Below, one piece after another: positions 1 to 10,500 of a DNA stretch of 64,000 bases. The translations under genes and the position numbers were made by a program. How positions within the stretch are numbered: position 1 is the first letter of the stretch; every line of letters starts with the position of its first letter. The notes under the pieces were generated by a model. It did not search any database and had not been told where the DNA came from. It saw nothing but the letters and a program-made list of their open reading frames with translations. This stretch comes from an uncultured Candidatus Sumerlaeota bacterium (GTDB lineage Bacteria > CAYMEV01), in assembly GCA_964389675.1 (NCBI GenBank), contig CAYMEV010000010.1:1-64000 (forward strand). The letters run 5' to 3'.

Positions 1-2
1 CT

Positions 3-1247
3 GAAAGGCTTTATAATACACTGAAAAAGCTCAGGGATATTGGCAATACCGTTATAATTGTCGAGCATGACGATCTGATAATAAAGGGATCGGATTATAT
101 TATCGACCTGGGCCCTAAAGCAGGAAAGGATGGCGGGGATATCGTATATATGGGCCACCCCTCAGGGCTTGCTGAAAATGACGGATTGACCGCCCAGTAC
201 ATAAATGGCATGAAGAGGATAGAAATACCGAAAAAGTACCGTAAACCGCTGAAAGGCAAAATGCTTTCGGTAATTGGAGCAAGGGCAAATAATCTGAAAA
301 ATATACTGGCAGAAATCCCACTTGGTGTATTTGTCTGTATTACAGGCGTATCTGGTTCAGGGAAAAGCACACTGCTTGAAGATATCGTATACAGGTCGCT
401 AATGAAGAGCATTTATAATTCCAGGGAAAGCACAGGAGAATGTGATGAGATAAGGGGCATGGAATTCATCGATAGAGTAATCAATATTGATCAGAGCCCT
501 ATCGGAAGGACGCCAAGATCAAATCCGGTGACCTATATAGATGCCTTTGCAACAGTAAGGCAGCTTTTTTCATCGGTACCTGCAGCAAGGGAGAGGGGAT
601 ACAGGCCCGGGAGATTCTCCTTCAATGTAAAGGGCGGAAGGTGCGAAAAATGCCATGGGGCCGGCAGAGTAAAGGTCGAAATGCATTTTCTTCCAGATAT
701 TTTCATTACATGTTCTCAATGCTCGGGGAAGCGCTATAATCCGGAAACCCTTGATATCAGGTACAAGGGTAAAAATATTGCAGAAGTGCTTGATATGACT
801 GTAGAAGAAGCCCTTACATTCTTTGAAAATATTCCGCACCTGAAGAAGAAACTTGCACTTCTGAAAGAGGTCGGGCTGGACTATATAACACTTGGACAGC
901 CTGCAACAACGCTTTCAGGCGGGGAAGCACAAAGGCTTAAGCTGACCAAGGAGCTTTCAAAGGCCACAAAGGGACATACCTTTTATATCCTTGATGAGCC
1001 TACCATAGGCCTGCACCCCTATGATATAAACAAGCTTCTTATAGTGCTTCAGAAACTGGTTGACAAGGGCAATACAGTCGTAATTATTGAACATAATATG
1101 GATATCATAAAGAATGCTGATTATATTATAGACCTTGGCCCTGAGGGAGGAGATGCGGGAGGCCGTATTATTGCGCATGGGACCCCCCGGGATATTGCCC
1201 TGGAAGATAAGTCATATACCGGAAGATTTCTCAAGGAACTGCTGTAA
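3..1247 (+). CDS. uvrA: Excinuclease ABC subunit A, C-terminal part (5' end outside window)
   Basis: Frame is open from base 3 ([23 protein letters not shown]). Motifs [25 protein letters not shown], zinc finger CEKCHGAG...[33 protein letters not shown]. Confidence 0.97.
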   Translation, partial: ERLYNTLKKLRDIGNTVIIVEHDDLIIKGSDYIIDLGPKAGKDGGDIVYMGHPSGLAENDGLTAQYINGMKRIEIPKKYRKPLKGKMLSVIGARANNLKNILAEIPLGVFVCITGVSGSGKSTLLEDIVYRSLMKSIYNSRESTGECDEIRGMEFIDRVINIDQSPIGRTPRSNPVTYIDAFATVRQLFSSVPAARERGYRPGRFSFNVKGGRCEKCHGAGRVKVEMHFLPDIFITCSQCSGKRYNPETLDIRYKGKNIAEVLDMTVEEALTFFENIPHLKKKLALLKEVGLDYITLGQPATTLSGGEAQRLKLTKELSKATKGHTFYILDEPTIGLHPYDINKLLIVLQKLVDKGNTVVIIEHNMDIIKNADYIIDLGPEGGDAGGRIIAHGTPRDIALEDKSYTGRFLKELL

Positions 1248-1256
1248 AAAAAACAA

Positions 1257-1284
1257 TTGACAAACTTTTAAGTATAATTATTAT
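1257..1284 (+). promoter_or_regulatory. Putative sigma-70 promoter of the tetR-RND operon
   Basis: TTGACA (1257-1262), 16 nt, TATTAT (1279-1284); SD-like AAAGGAGG before the ATG at 1332. Confidence 0.6.
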
Positions 1285-1315
1285 ACTGACCAGTCAGTAA
1301 TAAACTGACCAGTCA
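1284..1315. promoter_or_regulatory. Tandem palindromic operator (probable TetR site)
   Basis: TACTGAC-CA-GTCAGTA (1284-1299) and a second copy ACTGACCAGTCA (1304-1315), overlapping the -10/+1 region of tetR. Confidence 0.8.
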
Positions 1316-1331
1316 TAAGTATGAAAGGAGG

Positions 1332-1964
1332 ATGATATTGGAAAATCCTAACAGAAGAGAAAGAGAAAGGATTGCAAGAAAGCAGGACATTATGTCTGCT
1401 GCATGCCAGGTTTTTGCCCGGAATGGTTTTTACCGTGCTACCCTCGATGAGATTGCAGAGAAGGCTGATTTCAGCAAGGCTACTATCTATACATATTTCA
1501 AAAATAAATCAGACCTGTTCTTAAGGCTTGTAATTGATGGTTTATGCGAGCTTACAGAACTTCTGGAGGAGACCATAAAAGAAAAAGCGGAAATTAAGAC
1601 CCTGCTGAGAAATATCATTCATCAGGTATTTGAATACCTGGATAAACACAGAGAATTCTTCGTTTTGCTCTGGGAGCAGAGAATTGCGATCCACAGGGAG
1701 ATCGCCTGTAATGCTGAGGATTATGAAGAAGAATTTCAGGATGCTACACAGAAACTGGATAATTCTTTTGAGAGGCTTTTCAGGCAGGCAGCTGAAAAGA
1801 AACAGATAGACAAAAGCATACCTGCGGATATCCTCTCGTCCATTATAATCGGCTCTATTTTTGGAACCATCCGCATATGGATGGAAAGAAACCCCGAGGA
1901 GCCTTTAGCTGATAAAACAGATATAATAATGAAAGTATTCTGGGAAGGAGCAGGGAATAAGTGA
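1332..1964 (+). CDS. TetR/AcrR family transcriptional regulator
   Basis: N-terminal HTH: IMSAACQVFARNGFYRATLDEIAEKADFSKATIYTYFKNKSDLF. Confidence 0.95.
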   Translation: MILENPNRRERERIARKQDIMSAACQVFARNGFYRATLDEIAEKADFSKATIYTYFKNKSDLFLRLVIDGLCELTELLEETIKEKAEIKTLLRNIIHQVFEYLDKHREFFVLLWEQRIAIHREIACNAEDYEEEFQDATQKLDNSFERLFRQAAEKKQIDKSIPADILSSIIIGSIFGTIRIWMERNPEEPLADKTDIIMKVFWEGAGNK

Positions 1965-1965
1965 A

Positions 1966-3261
1966 ATGAAACGATTGATAATATTAATGGTGATCTTTAT
2001 AATTTTCATGATGAACTCTTTTTCCTACAGTTCTGAATTAAATCTTACTGTCAGTGACTGTATCGAGATGGCCTTGAAGAACAATAAAAACATTATGATA
2101 GTACGGCAGGAGATTGAGTATGCCGATGCTCAGATAAAAGAGGCCTATGGTGCAGCGTTACCGGTAATCAGCCTTAATGCCGGATCGAAGCATCAGGATA
2201 AGGTCAGGACAATGACAATTCCGTCTGAAGATGGGACAATAGAGATCCCTACAGGCAAAAAGGATACTTATTATGGAAATATAACACTTACCCAGCCGCT
2301 TTGGGTGGGAGGAAAAGTCGGAGCTGCGGTAGATGGTGCAAAGCTGTATGAAAAATATGTTACGCATACATTTGAAAATACAAAACAGCAGATAGTATAT
2401 GCTGTTAAAATATCCTGCTATACTGTCATGCTTGCAGATGAAATGAGGGATATCTCCGAAAAGGCACTGATACAGGCAGAAAACCACTTTAAACAGGTCA
2501 AAAAGCTCTACGACCAGGGTATGGCATCGCGTTTTGACCTTCTCAGGTCCGAAGTCGCTGTTTCAAACAGCAGGCCTCCTTACCTGGAGGCAGAGAACGC
2601 CTATGACCTTGCTGTCCTGAAGCTGAAGAACATTATAGGCCTGCCGTCTGAGGCTGATATTGTAATAAGCGAGGAATTCAGGTATATACCGGAAGATTTA
2701 TCGATTGAAGAGGGGCTCAGTACAGCGCTCGAAAACAGGCAGGACCTCAGGGCACTGGATATACAGGTAGATATGAACAGGGTAATTCGCAAGATCAATT
2801 ATTCAGACTATTATCCCTCAATATTCTTTAATGCTGATTACAGCGCATCAAGGGATAAAACAGCAAAAAATGATATATATGGTGAACTCAGTGCCGGGTT
2901 AATGCTTAGCTGGAGTTTCGATTTTGGGACAAGAGGTTCTGTAAAGCAGGCAGATATCAGGATCAAACAGGCAATATTTCAGAAAGAACAGCTGATAACA
3001 GATATTGAATATGAGGTAAAGCAGGCTTTCCTGAATCTAAAGGAGGCTGAGGCTGTCATATTGTCCCAGGAGAAGACGATATCAATGGCAGAAGAATCGT
3101 TAAGAATAGCCGAGGTCAGGTATCAGAGCGGAACAGGGACTCATATAGAGGTAACTGATGCACAGTTTTCGCTTAATATGGCAAGGACGAACTATATACA
3201 GGCTCTGTACGGCTATTTTGTAGCCCGGACGACCATTGAAAAGGTAATTGGAATATTATAA
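1966..3261 (+). CDS. TolC family outer membrane efflux protein
   Basis: Signal peptide; two OEP-type repeats (LYDQGMASRFDLL, RYQSGTGTHIEVTDAQ); position in RND operon. Confidence 0.92.
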   Translation: MKRLIILMVIFIIFMMNSFSYSSELNLTVSDCIEMALKNNKNIMIVRQEIEYADAQIKEAYGAALPVISLNAGSKHQDKVRTMTIPSEDGTIEIPTGKKDTYYGNITLTQPLWVGGKVGAAVDGAKLYEKYVTHTFENTKQQIVYAVKISCYTVMLADEMRDISEKALIQAENHFKQVKKLYDQGMASRFDLLRSEVAVSNSRPPYLEAENAYDLAVLKLKNIIGLPSEADIVISEEFRYIPEDLSIEEGLSTALENRQDLRALDIQVDMNRVIRKINYSDYYPSIFFNADYSASRDKTAKNDIYGELSAGLMLSWSFDFGTRGSVKQADIRIKQAIFQKEQLITDIEYEVKQAFLNLKEAEAVILSQEKTISMAEESLRIAEVRYQSGTGTHIEVTDAQFSLNMARTNYIQALYGYFVARTTIEKVIGIL

Positions 3262-3276
3262 TAAGGAGATATTGCA

Positions 3277-4326
3277 GTGAAGAGAAATATAATAAATATC
3301 AGTTTGATAGCCGTGGTTACTATGGCTTTTATGGTAATTTCATGCGGATCGGGCAATGAGGATGGAACAATTGCATATGCAGAGCAGAATGTTGAAGTCA
3401 GGCCTATCCCTGTCAGGGTAATGGAGGTGAAACTGCAGGAGTTTGCAAAAATGCTGGACTACAATGCCACCCTGGAGGGGGCAATACAGTCTGAAGCAAG
3501 GAGCAATGTGGACGGGGTATTGAAAAATATCAGCGTAAGGACAGGGCAATATGTCAAAAAGGATGCAATTATTGCATCATTTGATGAAGACCTTCCTGCT
3601 TCAGGTTTTATCCAGGCAAAATCAGCTTTCGAGATAGCTAAGACAACCTATGAGAGAATGCAGAACCTTTATGATGCCGGAGGCATCTCCAGGCAGCAGC
3701 TTGATGAGTCGGAAACACAATACAATATTTCCCGGGCAAATTATGATTCAGCCATTAAAAACGTAAACATTCTTGCGCCTATTTCAGGGATTGTCTCCAA
3801 TATCAGTGCAAGGGCCGGTGATAACCTTTATAAAGGGGAGCCTGTTGCAACAATTGCGGACCTGTCAAGCCTGAATGCAAAAATATTTGTGGGTGAACAG
3901 GATATTGACGGATTTTATGAGGGGCTGGAGGTCGATATATCTACAAACAGCATGAAACATGAGGCAAAGGGTACGGTAAAAAAGGTTGCAATGTCAGCAG
4001 ATCCTCAGAGAAGAGCCTTTGAGGTCGAAGTCTCGGTTGATAATTCGGGAAATACCTATAAACCAGGGATGCTGGTAGATGTACATGCTCTGATTAACAG
4101 GATAGAGAATGCTGTCGTTATCCCAAAGCTGATCATTCAGAGTGATACCGGCGGAGATTTTATATTTATTGTAAAGGATCAAAAAGCTGTCAAGAGGATT
4201 ATTAAAACCGGAATGGAATCAAGGGGGATGATCCATGTAGAAAGCGGTCTTTCTCCCGGGGACCTGCTTGTGACGGAAGGCCAGTTCTCTTTGTATGACC
4301 AGGCTCCTGTTGCATTTGCAGATTAA
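3277..4326 (+). CDS. RND efflux periplasmic adaptor (MFP), probable lipoprotein
   Basis: Lipobox VISC; YERMQNLYDAGGISRQQLD hairpin; ILAPISGIV; YKPGMLV. Confidence 0.92.
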   Translation: MKRNIINISLIAVVTMAFMVISCGSGNEDGTIAYAEQNVEVRPIPVRVMEVKLQEFAKMLDYNATLEGAIQSEARSNVDGVLKNISVRTGQYVKKDAIIASFDEDLPASGFIQAKSAFEIAKTTYERMQNLYDAGGISRQQLDESETQYNISRANYDSAIKNVNILAPISGIVSNISARAGDNLYKGEPVATIADLSSLNAKIFVGEQDIDGFYEGLEVDISTNSMKHEAKGTVKKVAMSADPQRRAFEVEVSVDNSGNTYKPGMLVDVHALINRIENAVVIPKLIIQSDTGGDFIFIVKDQKAVKRIIKTGMESRGMIHVESGLSPGDLLVTEGQFSLYDQAPVAFAD

Positions 4327-4348
4327 GAACAGCGTTTAGGAGATTAGC

Positions 4349-7300
4349 ATGTCAGTGATAAGATTTATAATAAACAGGCCCATAATGACGCTGATGATGA
4401 TCATGTCCCTGATCGTCATTGGTATTTACATGTACAGAGACCTCCCGGTCGACCAGATGCCGAAGTTTGATATTCCATTCGCAACCGTCAGTACCGTGTA
4501 TCCCGGAGCAGGACCTGAAGAGGTTGAATCAACAATAACGAGGATACTTGAAGAAGAGATCAGCACAGTAAGCGGTATTAAGACAATAACGTCATATTCC
4601 CTGGAAAACATATCATATATCATTATTGAGTTCAATATGAATGAGGATATTGATGTCAAGGCCAACGATGTCAGGGAGAAGGTAGATTCTGTTGTTTCTG
4701 GCCTTCCGTCAGATGCAGAAAAGCCCTCTATATTAAAGATCGATATTGGTTCCTTTCCTGTATTCTATATGGCATTATCAGGCCCTGTCCCTACAAGCGA
4801 GCTTTACCGGTTTGCAGATGAAAAACTTAAGGATATATTCAGCCGTGTTCCAGGAGTAGCATCTGTAACAATAACAGGCGGCCAGGAGAGGGTTATATGG
4901 GTTGACTTGAAGAAAAGCAGCCTGGATGCATACGGTATAACCTTTGAGTCAGTACTTGGGTTCATATCAGCAAATAATCTTGATATGCCCGCAGGGTATT
5001 TCCAAAATCAGGGATTTGAGTATTCATTAAGGCTTGAAGGACAGTTAAGGGCTGTTGAAGAGCTTAATGAACTGATGGTGCCTACGCGGTATGGCCCGGT
5101 CAGGCTTGGTGAGCTGGCGGTTATTAGCGATGGGACAGAAGAAGTAAGGGAAATAACGCGCTACCTTGAAAAGGATGGAAATAACAAAAACGGGCTGATA
5201 AATACTGTAGGCATAGAGATTGTCAAACAGGGAGATGCAAATACAATAGAGACTGCCGACGGAATTCTGAAAGTTATAAAAGAGCTTGAGGCTGAGATAC
5301 CGCCAAGCTACAGCCTTGATATCATCCAGGACAGGTCCGTGTGGATAAAGGATGCCGTATCGGATACATTAAGCTCTATCTATCTGGGCATTGCATTTGT
5401 CGGCATAGTCCTTCTGGTATTTCTGCATGACTGGAGATCCTCCATTATCGCGGCTGTTGCTATACCGTCATCTATTATAGCATCGTTCACAGCAATGAAG
5501 ATAGGCGGTTTTTCGATAAATATCCTTACGCTTATGGCCTTTTCAGTGTCCATAGGTACTCTGGTAACGAATTCCATAGTTGTCCTGGAAAACATAATAT
5601 ACCATATCAGACAGAAGAGGGATGAAAGCCTGCAGGAAGCAACCATATCAGGGACCACGGAAATCCTGCTGGCAGTTGCATCATCAGCATTGACAAATGT
5701 GGTTGTATTTCTGCCAATAGCATTTATGAAGAGCCTGGTTGGTTCTGTATTCCTTGAATTTGGCCTGACAGTCACCTTTGCGACCCTTTTTTCACTGCTT
5801 GTATCCTTTACTCTGACACCGCTGATGTCATCGAGAATGCTGAAGCAAAAGGAAAGCAAAAACAGGATATCAGCCGCTTTTGATCGTATGTTTGATTCTC
5901 TGACGAATGTATATAGAAGAATACTCGGGTTATTTCTAAGGTCCAGGGCTGTATTTGTTCTTTCAATAATTACGGTCTTTCTGCTGTTTGGAGGGGCATT
6001 AAGGATTGCCGGCATTATCGGAGGGGAATTCTTTTCAAAGACTGACCAGGGACAGGTAGATATACAGATGGAATTTCCGACTACCTATGATATAACCCGG
6101 ACAAACGATATTTTCCTTGATATTGAGAAAAGGCTTGAGGCTCTGCCTGAAGTCTACTCGGTTTACACCAGGATAGGCCAGGTCTCTGAGATCAAGAGGG
6201 GCGTTAATATGGGCAGGATAATGCTGAAGCTCGTTCCAAAGGAGGAAAGGGATATCTCAAGTGAAAAGATGGCTGCAAGGGTAAGGGAGATGCTGAACCA
6301 ATACCCTGACATCATATTCAGTGTATCAGGGTCATCCGGCCTGAGGCCACAGAGCGAAGCGCCGATAGTTGTGGATATAAACGGCCAGGACCTCGACAGC
6401 CTTGAAATATATGCCAATAAAGTCCTGGGAATGGTCAGGCAGGTGAGCGGTACAATTGATGCTGAAACCGATTTTCGCGCCGGAAAGCCTGAAATCAAGG
6501 TCCTGCCTGACAAAAAAAGGCTGTCAACAGAAGGCCTGACTTCATATCAGCTTGCATCCCTGCTTAGAGGATCGGTCGAAGGATTGACCGCCAATGAGTA
6601 TCGTGAGGGAGGACGTGAATATGATATAAGGGTCAGGATGGAGGACAGGGGAAAGGACAATCTTGACAAAATAGAACAGCTCCCGGTAATGACTGCATCA
6701 GGTGTACCCATAGCCCTTATTCAGCTCTCTGAGATAGAATTCGGGAGAGCTCCCACAAGAATAGTAAGAAAGGATAAAGCGCGTTCAGTTTCTGTCCTGT
6801 CCAATGTTGAAGGCAGAACCGTTACTGAAGTTGCCGGGGATATAAAGAGGCTTCTGGATGATAAGCTTTCCCTGCCATTTGGTTATTCCTATAAAATAGG
6901 AGGCGAAATGGAAAATTACCAGGAGGCTGCCGTTGATTTCATTTCTGCATTTATCCTTGCTGTTATCCTCACATATATGCTCCTTTCAGCAATGCTGGAA
7001 TCATTTATACAGCCCCTGATAATACTGCTGACCATCCCGCTTTCCTTTATCGGTATATTCCCTGCTCTGCTGATCACAGGGAACAGCCTTAATATAGTAA
7101 GCATGATGGCCATTGTAATGCTCGTAGGGATTGTAGTGAACAATGCTATTCTCATGTTTGATTATACAAATATTCTGCACAGAAAGAAAAAACTAAAGCT
7201 TGTTGAAGCACTGCTGATCGCCTGCCCATTGAAATTAAAACCGATACTTATGTCAAATATCGCTATAATAATGGGAATGCTGCCGACAGCCCTCGGGATA

Positions 7301-7447
7301 GGAGAGGGTGCAGAGATAAGAGCCCCGCTTGCAATTGCATCAATTGGGGGGCTTGTAAGCTCTACTCTTCTTACTCTGTTTGTTGTACCGCAGATGTACC
7401 GCTTCGTAATGGCGACATATGAAAGGCTCTTCAGGATAAACAGGTAA
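4349..7447 (+). CDS. RND efflux permease (AcrB/AcrD/AcrF family)
   Basis: 1032 aa; YPGAGPEEVE, GTLVTNSIVVLENI, GIVVNNAIL, LKPILMS motifs. Confidence 0.95.
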   Translation: MSVIRFIINRPIMTLMMIMSLIVIGIYMYRDLPVDQMPKFDIPFATVSTVYPGAGPEEVESTITRILEEEISTVSGIKTITSYSLENISYIIIEFNMNEDIDVKANDVREKVDSVVSGLPSDAEKPSILKIDIGSFPVFYMALSGPVPTSELYRFADEKLKDIFSRVPGVASVTITGGQERVIWVDLKKSSLDAYGITFESVLGFISANNLDMPAGYFQNQGFEYSLRLEGQLRAVEELNELMVPTRYGPVRLGELAVISDGTEEVREITRYLEKDGNNKNGLINTVGIEIVKQGDANTIETADGILKVIKELEAEIPPSYSLDIIQDRSVWIKDAVSDTLSSIYLGIAFVGIVLLVFLHDWRSSIIAAVAIPSSIIASFTAMKIGGFSINILTLMAFSVSIGTLVTNSIVVLENIIYHIRQKRDESLQEATISGTTEILLAVASSALTNVVVFLPIAFMKSLVGSVFLEFGLTVTFATLFSLLVSFTLTPLMSSRMLKQKESKNRISAAFDRMFDSLTNVYRRILGLFLRSRAVFVLSIITVFLLFGGALRIAGIIGGEFFSKTDQGQVDIQMEFPTTYDITRTNDIFLDIEKRLEALPEVYSVYTRIGQVSEIKRGVNMGRIMLKLVPKEERDISSEKMAARVREMLNQYPDIIFSVSGSSGLRPQSEAPIVVDINGQDLDSLEIYANKVLGMVRQVSGTIDAETDFRAGKPEIKVLPDKKRLSTEGLTSYQLASLLRGSVEGLTANEYREGGREYDIRVRMEDRGKDNLDKIEQLPVMTASGVPIALIQLSEIEFGRAPTRIVRKDKARSVSVLSNVEGRTVTEVAGDIKRLLDDKLSLPFGYSYKIGGEMENYQEAAVDFISAFILAVILTYMLLSAMLESFIQPLIILLTIPLSFIGIFPALLITGNSLNIVSMMAIVMLVGIVVNNAILMFDYTNILHRKKKLKLVEALLIACPLKLKPILMSNIAIIMGMLPTALGIGEGAEIRAPLAIASIGGLVSSTLLTLFVVPQMYRFVMATYERLFRINR

Positions 7448-7452
7448 TAAGG

Positions 7453-7483
7453 AAGGCAGCATGGGCTTAACCCATGCTGCCTT
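7453..7483. terminator. Inverted repeat, probable terminator between convergent genes
   Basis: AAGGCAGCATGGG-cttaa-CCCATGCTGCCTT, 13-bp perfect stem followed by a pyrimidine-rich tract. Confidence 0.85.
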
Positions 7484-7525
7484 TCTCTTCTTCTTCAGGA
7501 GATACTCCTGATCCTAAGCAGCTGA

Positions 7526-10500
7526 TCACATAATCCAGTTAAGGGATGTCCTGAATTGTTCTGTTTCGCCGTAGGTGGAAACAGATTCCAGGATATAGAT
7601 ATATTTGCCTCCAGGCTTTACAGAATCAGTGAAGTTATAGACATGCGGCTCAGAAGATGTCCCATATCCCTCTATCAGTGAGCTGTTGAGCTTTACAGGT
7701 GTAAGGGCGACAAACGGGCTTATTTTTCTGAGTGATAACCTGTACAGATTCCAGCCGAGGTTATCAGTTTCCGTCATTGTCATCCATTCTATTAAAGCCC
7801 TGTTTCCCATTCCGTTTGCATTAAAATAAGTAAGCTCAACCGGAAGGGGTACTTCGATATAAGCCTGATTATTACCAGAATTTCCATCCGTCGGCAGTAC
7901 ATTTGATATGATGACGGTCAGTATATATGCCCTTGCTTCAAGGCCGGTGGTATCCCAGTCTGCTTCAATATCAGCATATTCAAGAGAAGGAATGCTTCCG
8001 AAGCTTTCTGATGTTATCAGCTGAAGGTCTGTGTTCGGGGCGGTGCTGTAGTAGAAGGCTGCATCGCCTGATGCTACTTCTTCCAGCCCAAGGTTTCTTA
8101 TCCTTGCAGAAATATTCACTGTATCGCCGGGTTCGGGGTTTGCATTGCTGAAAGTAATGTCCTGTGAAGAAATTGAAGCATCAGGGGAGGTATCGAACAT
8201 TACATAATCAACCCATCCTGCGTCTTCTCCCTCGTTCATTGAGCCATCTTTGCTGTATTCCCATGTCACAGTGTTTGGCCCGGATCCCAGATAACAGGAC
8301 ATCTCCTGCCAGTCTTCTTCTCCGCTTATCCTGTCCTGCATATTGCCGTTAATATATAATGTCAGATAGTCATATCCTGATTCCGAGCTTACCTTCCAAT
8401 AGAATGAGAGCTGACCGGGGCCATTTACCTCCGTTTCGAGAGACGTGCTCTGGCTTCCCATTATAAGGCCGCTTTGCGCTGATGATTCACCATAATACCA
8501 TATATCTGACTGTGCAAGCCATTCTGCATCGCCATATGTAGACCATTCAAGGTCAGGGTTATCCAGGGCTTCCTTCAGTGTTATTGTAAAGACCATCACT
8601 GTATTTGAATAATCCGAGTTTCCGTTTGCATTATATGCATATACCCTGTAAAAGTATTCATTGCCCGGAAGGACGGTTGTATCCTGGTATTCAGCCGTAT
8701 CAGCGGCAGAAGTACCGGCATTTTCCCATGTCCCTGCCTCGCCGAGCCTCCTCTGGATGACAAAGCCCTCCTCATTAGTAGAATTATCATTCCATGAAAG
8801 GTCAACCTGTGTTGATGAAACCACTAAAGCAGTCAGGTTTGATGGCGGTATAGGCGTCAGGCTTTCTTCCAGCGTCATCTGTATATTCAGAAAATGATTT
8901 GTGCTGTATACAGTCGGCTCAGCTGTTCCTGTCCAGTCCAGCGGGTCTCCGTATGAAGAGTCAGCATAGCCGTAGATGGTCCTTGGATCAGCACAAGCAG
9001 TCCAGTAGCACCTTCCTATGTCTGTCTGCGGTGTATATGAGGAGTTCATGAAGCTTATATCTATCATAAGATTATTAATTCCATCATAGACAAAGGGGCC
9101 CCCCTGAAAATAGAATGTGGTCCACCCTAAGTCTGATATTGTCTCATCGTTCTGGTATACTATTGTCCAGTCAGCTGTTTCAAAGCCTTCATCGGAAGAA
9201 AAGTCTGTCTTATCCGTATGCTTCATCCTGATAGTAAAATTATGAAGAACAGCAAGGGGTATCTTTGAAACATCCATTGAAAGCGAGTATAGAGGTATCG
9301 GGTCCTTTGTGTCCTTGCCGGAGCCAAGCTCGCTCTGAAGATAGATGACAGATGTCCTGTTCTTCCAGTAGTATGTATACAGAGGTGTCCTGTCAAGTTC
9401 CTCAATGCCATTGCCAATGCTTATTACATTGGCTGTATCAAAGCTGTCACATGCTGATGTTCCGGCATTTGATGCATGGTCAATTGCTTCAACTGCATAA
9501 AATACAGTTGTCTGCGGCGTTAATCCCGAAATTGTACCCTGATGCTCTGTCTGGAGAGTATCGCTTATGATCATCTCATTTACCAGTGAGCTGCAGTCAG
9601 GGCCCCAGTATACCTTTGAAGTTGAAGCTTCATCTGTCTGAAAGGAAATATCAGCTGAATTACCGAATATGTTAGTAATATTTATATTGCTGATCACAGG
9701 GGCGATGCAGTCAATGTCTGCTGTATCAGTCTTTACTGCAGGTGTCCCGTCACCGATATCCTCATCCTGGTATGTTGCAGTAAGTGTCTGCCCATCACCG
9801 ACGACAAGCTCTGTGCCAAGTGCTATTGTCTGCTGATAGATGCCTGGTTCGATCTCAGGAAGCACAGGGTCCATATTGGCGGGCCCCGGTGTAGCTGTAA
9901 GATGAACTGTAACGAATGAGGCCCCTGCATTTGAATCCATGACGGTAATTACTACGTCAGAACTGCAGGAATAAAAATCGCTGTCAAACTCCACTGTACC
10001 GTTTGGTTCCGGTTCATTACTGATAAGTCCCAGCTGCAGGTTTATGAAATTATTTGTTGATGATGGAGCAGGATCAGAGGATCCTGTCCAGTCAAGCGGA
10101 TCACCTGCTCCAGAATCAGAATATGCATAAATCGCCCTGCTGTCTGATGTGGCTGTCCAGTTTACTGCTCCGGACGGGGTTTGCCAGGATGCATTGTTAA
10201 AGCTGAAATCTACCATAAGATTCTGTATACCGTCATATTCAAACGGTGTATCGAGGCTGAATGTGACCCAGCCAGTCGAGCTTATTGTCTCATCACTCTG
10301 GTATACAACAGTCCAGTTATCTGTCTCAAATGAAGCTCCTGCACTGTAATTGGATTTGTCAGTATGCTTAAGCCTTATTGTCCAGTTTGAGAGAGTCATT
10401 GCAGGGGCAGCAGTAACGTCAATGCCCACAGAGCTTATTAAAAGGGGCTGGTTCCCGAGATCTGAAGCCAGATAGATGACCTGTGTCCTGTTATCATGAT

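Noticed and set aside
5380-6015. 211-aa antisense ORF in the RND permease and the many similar short shadow ORFs
   Set aside because: They lie opposite or out of frame within well-supported genes and show no recognisable motifs.
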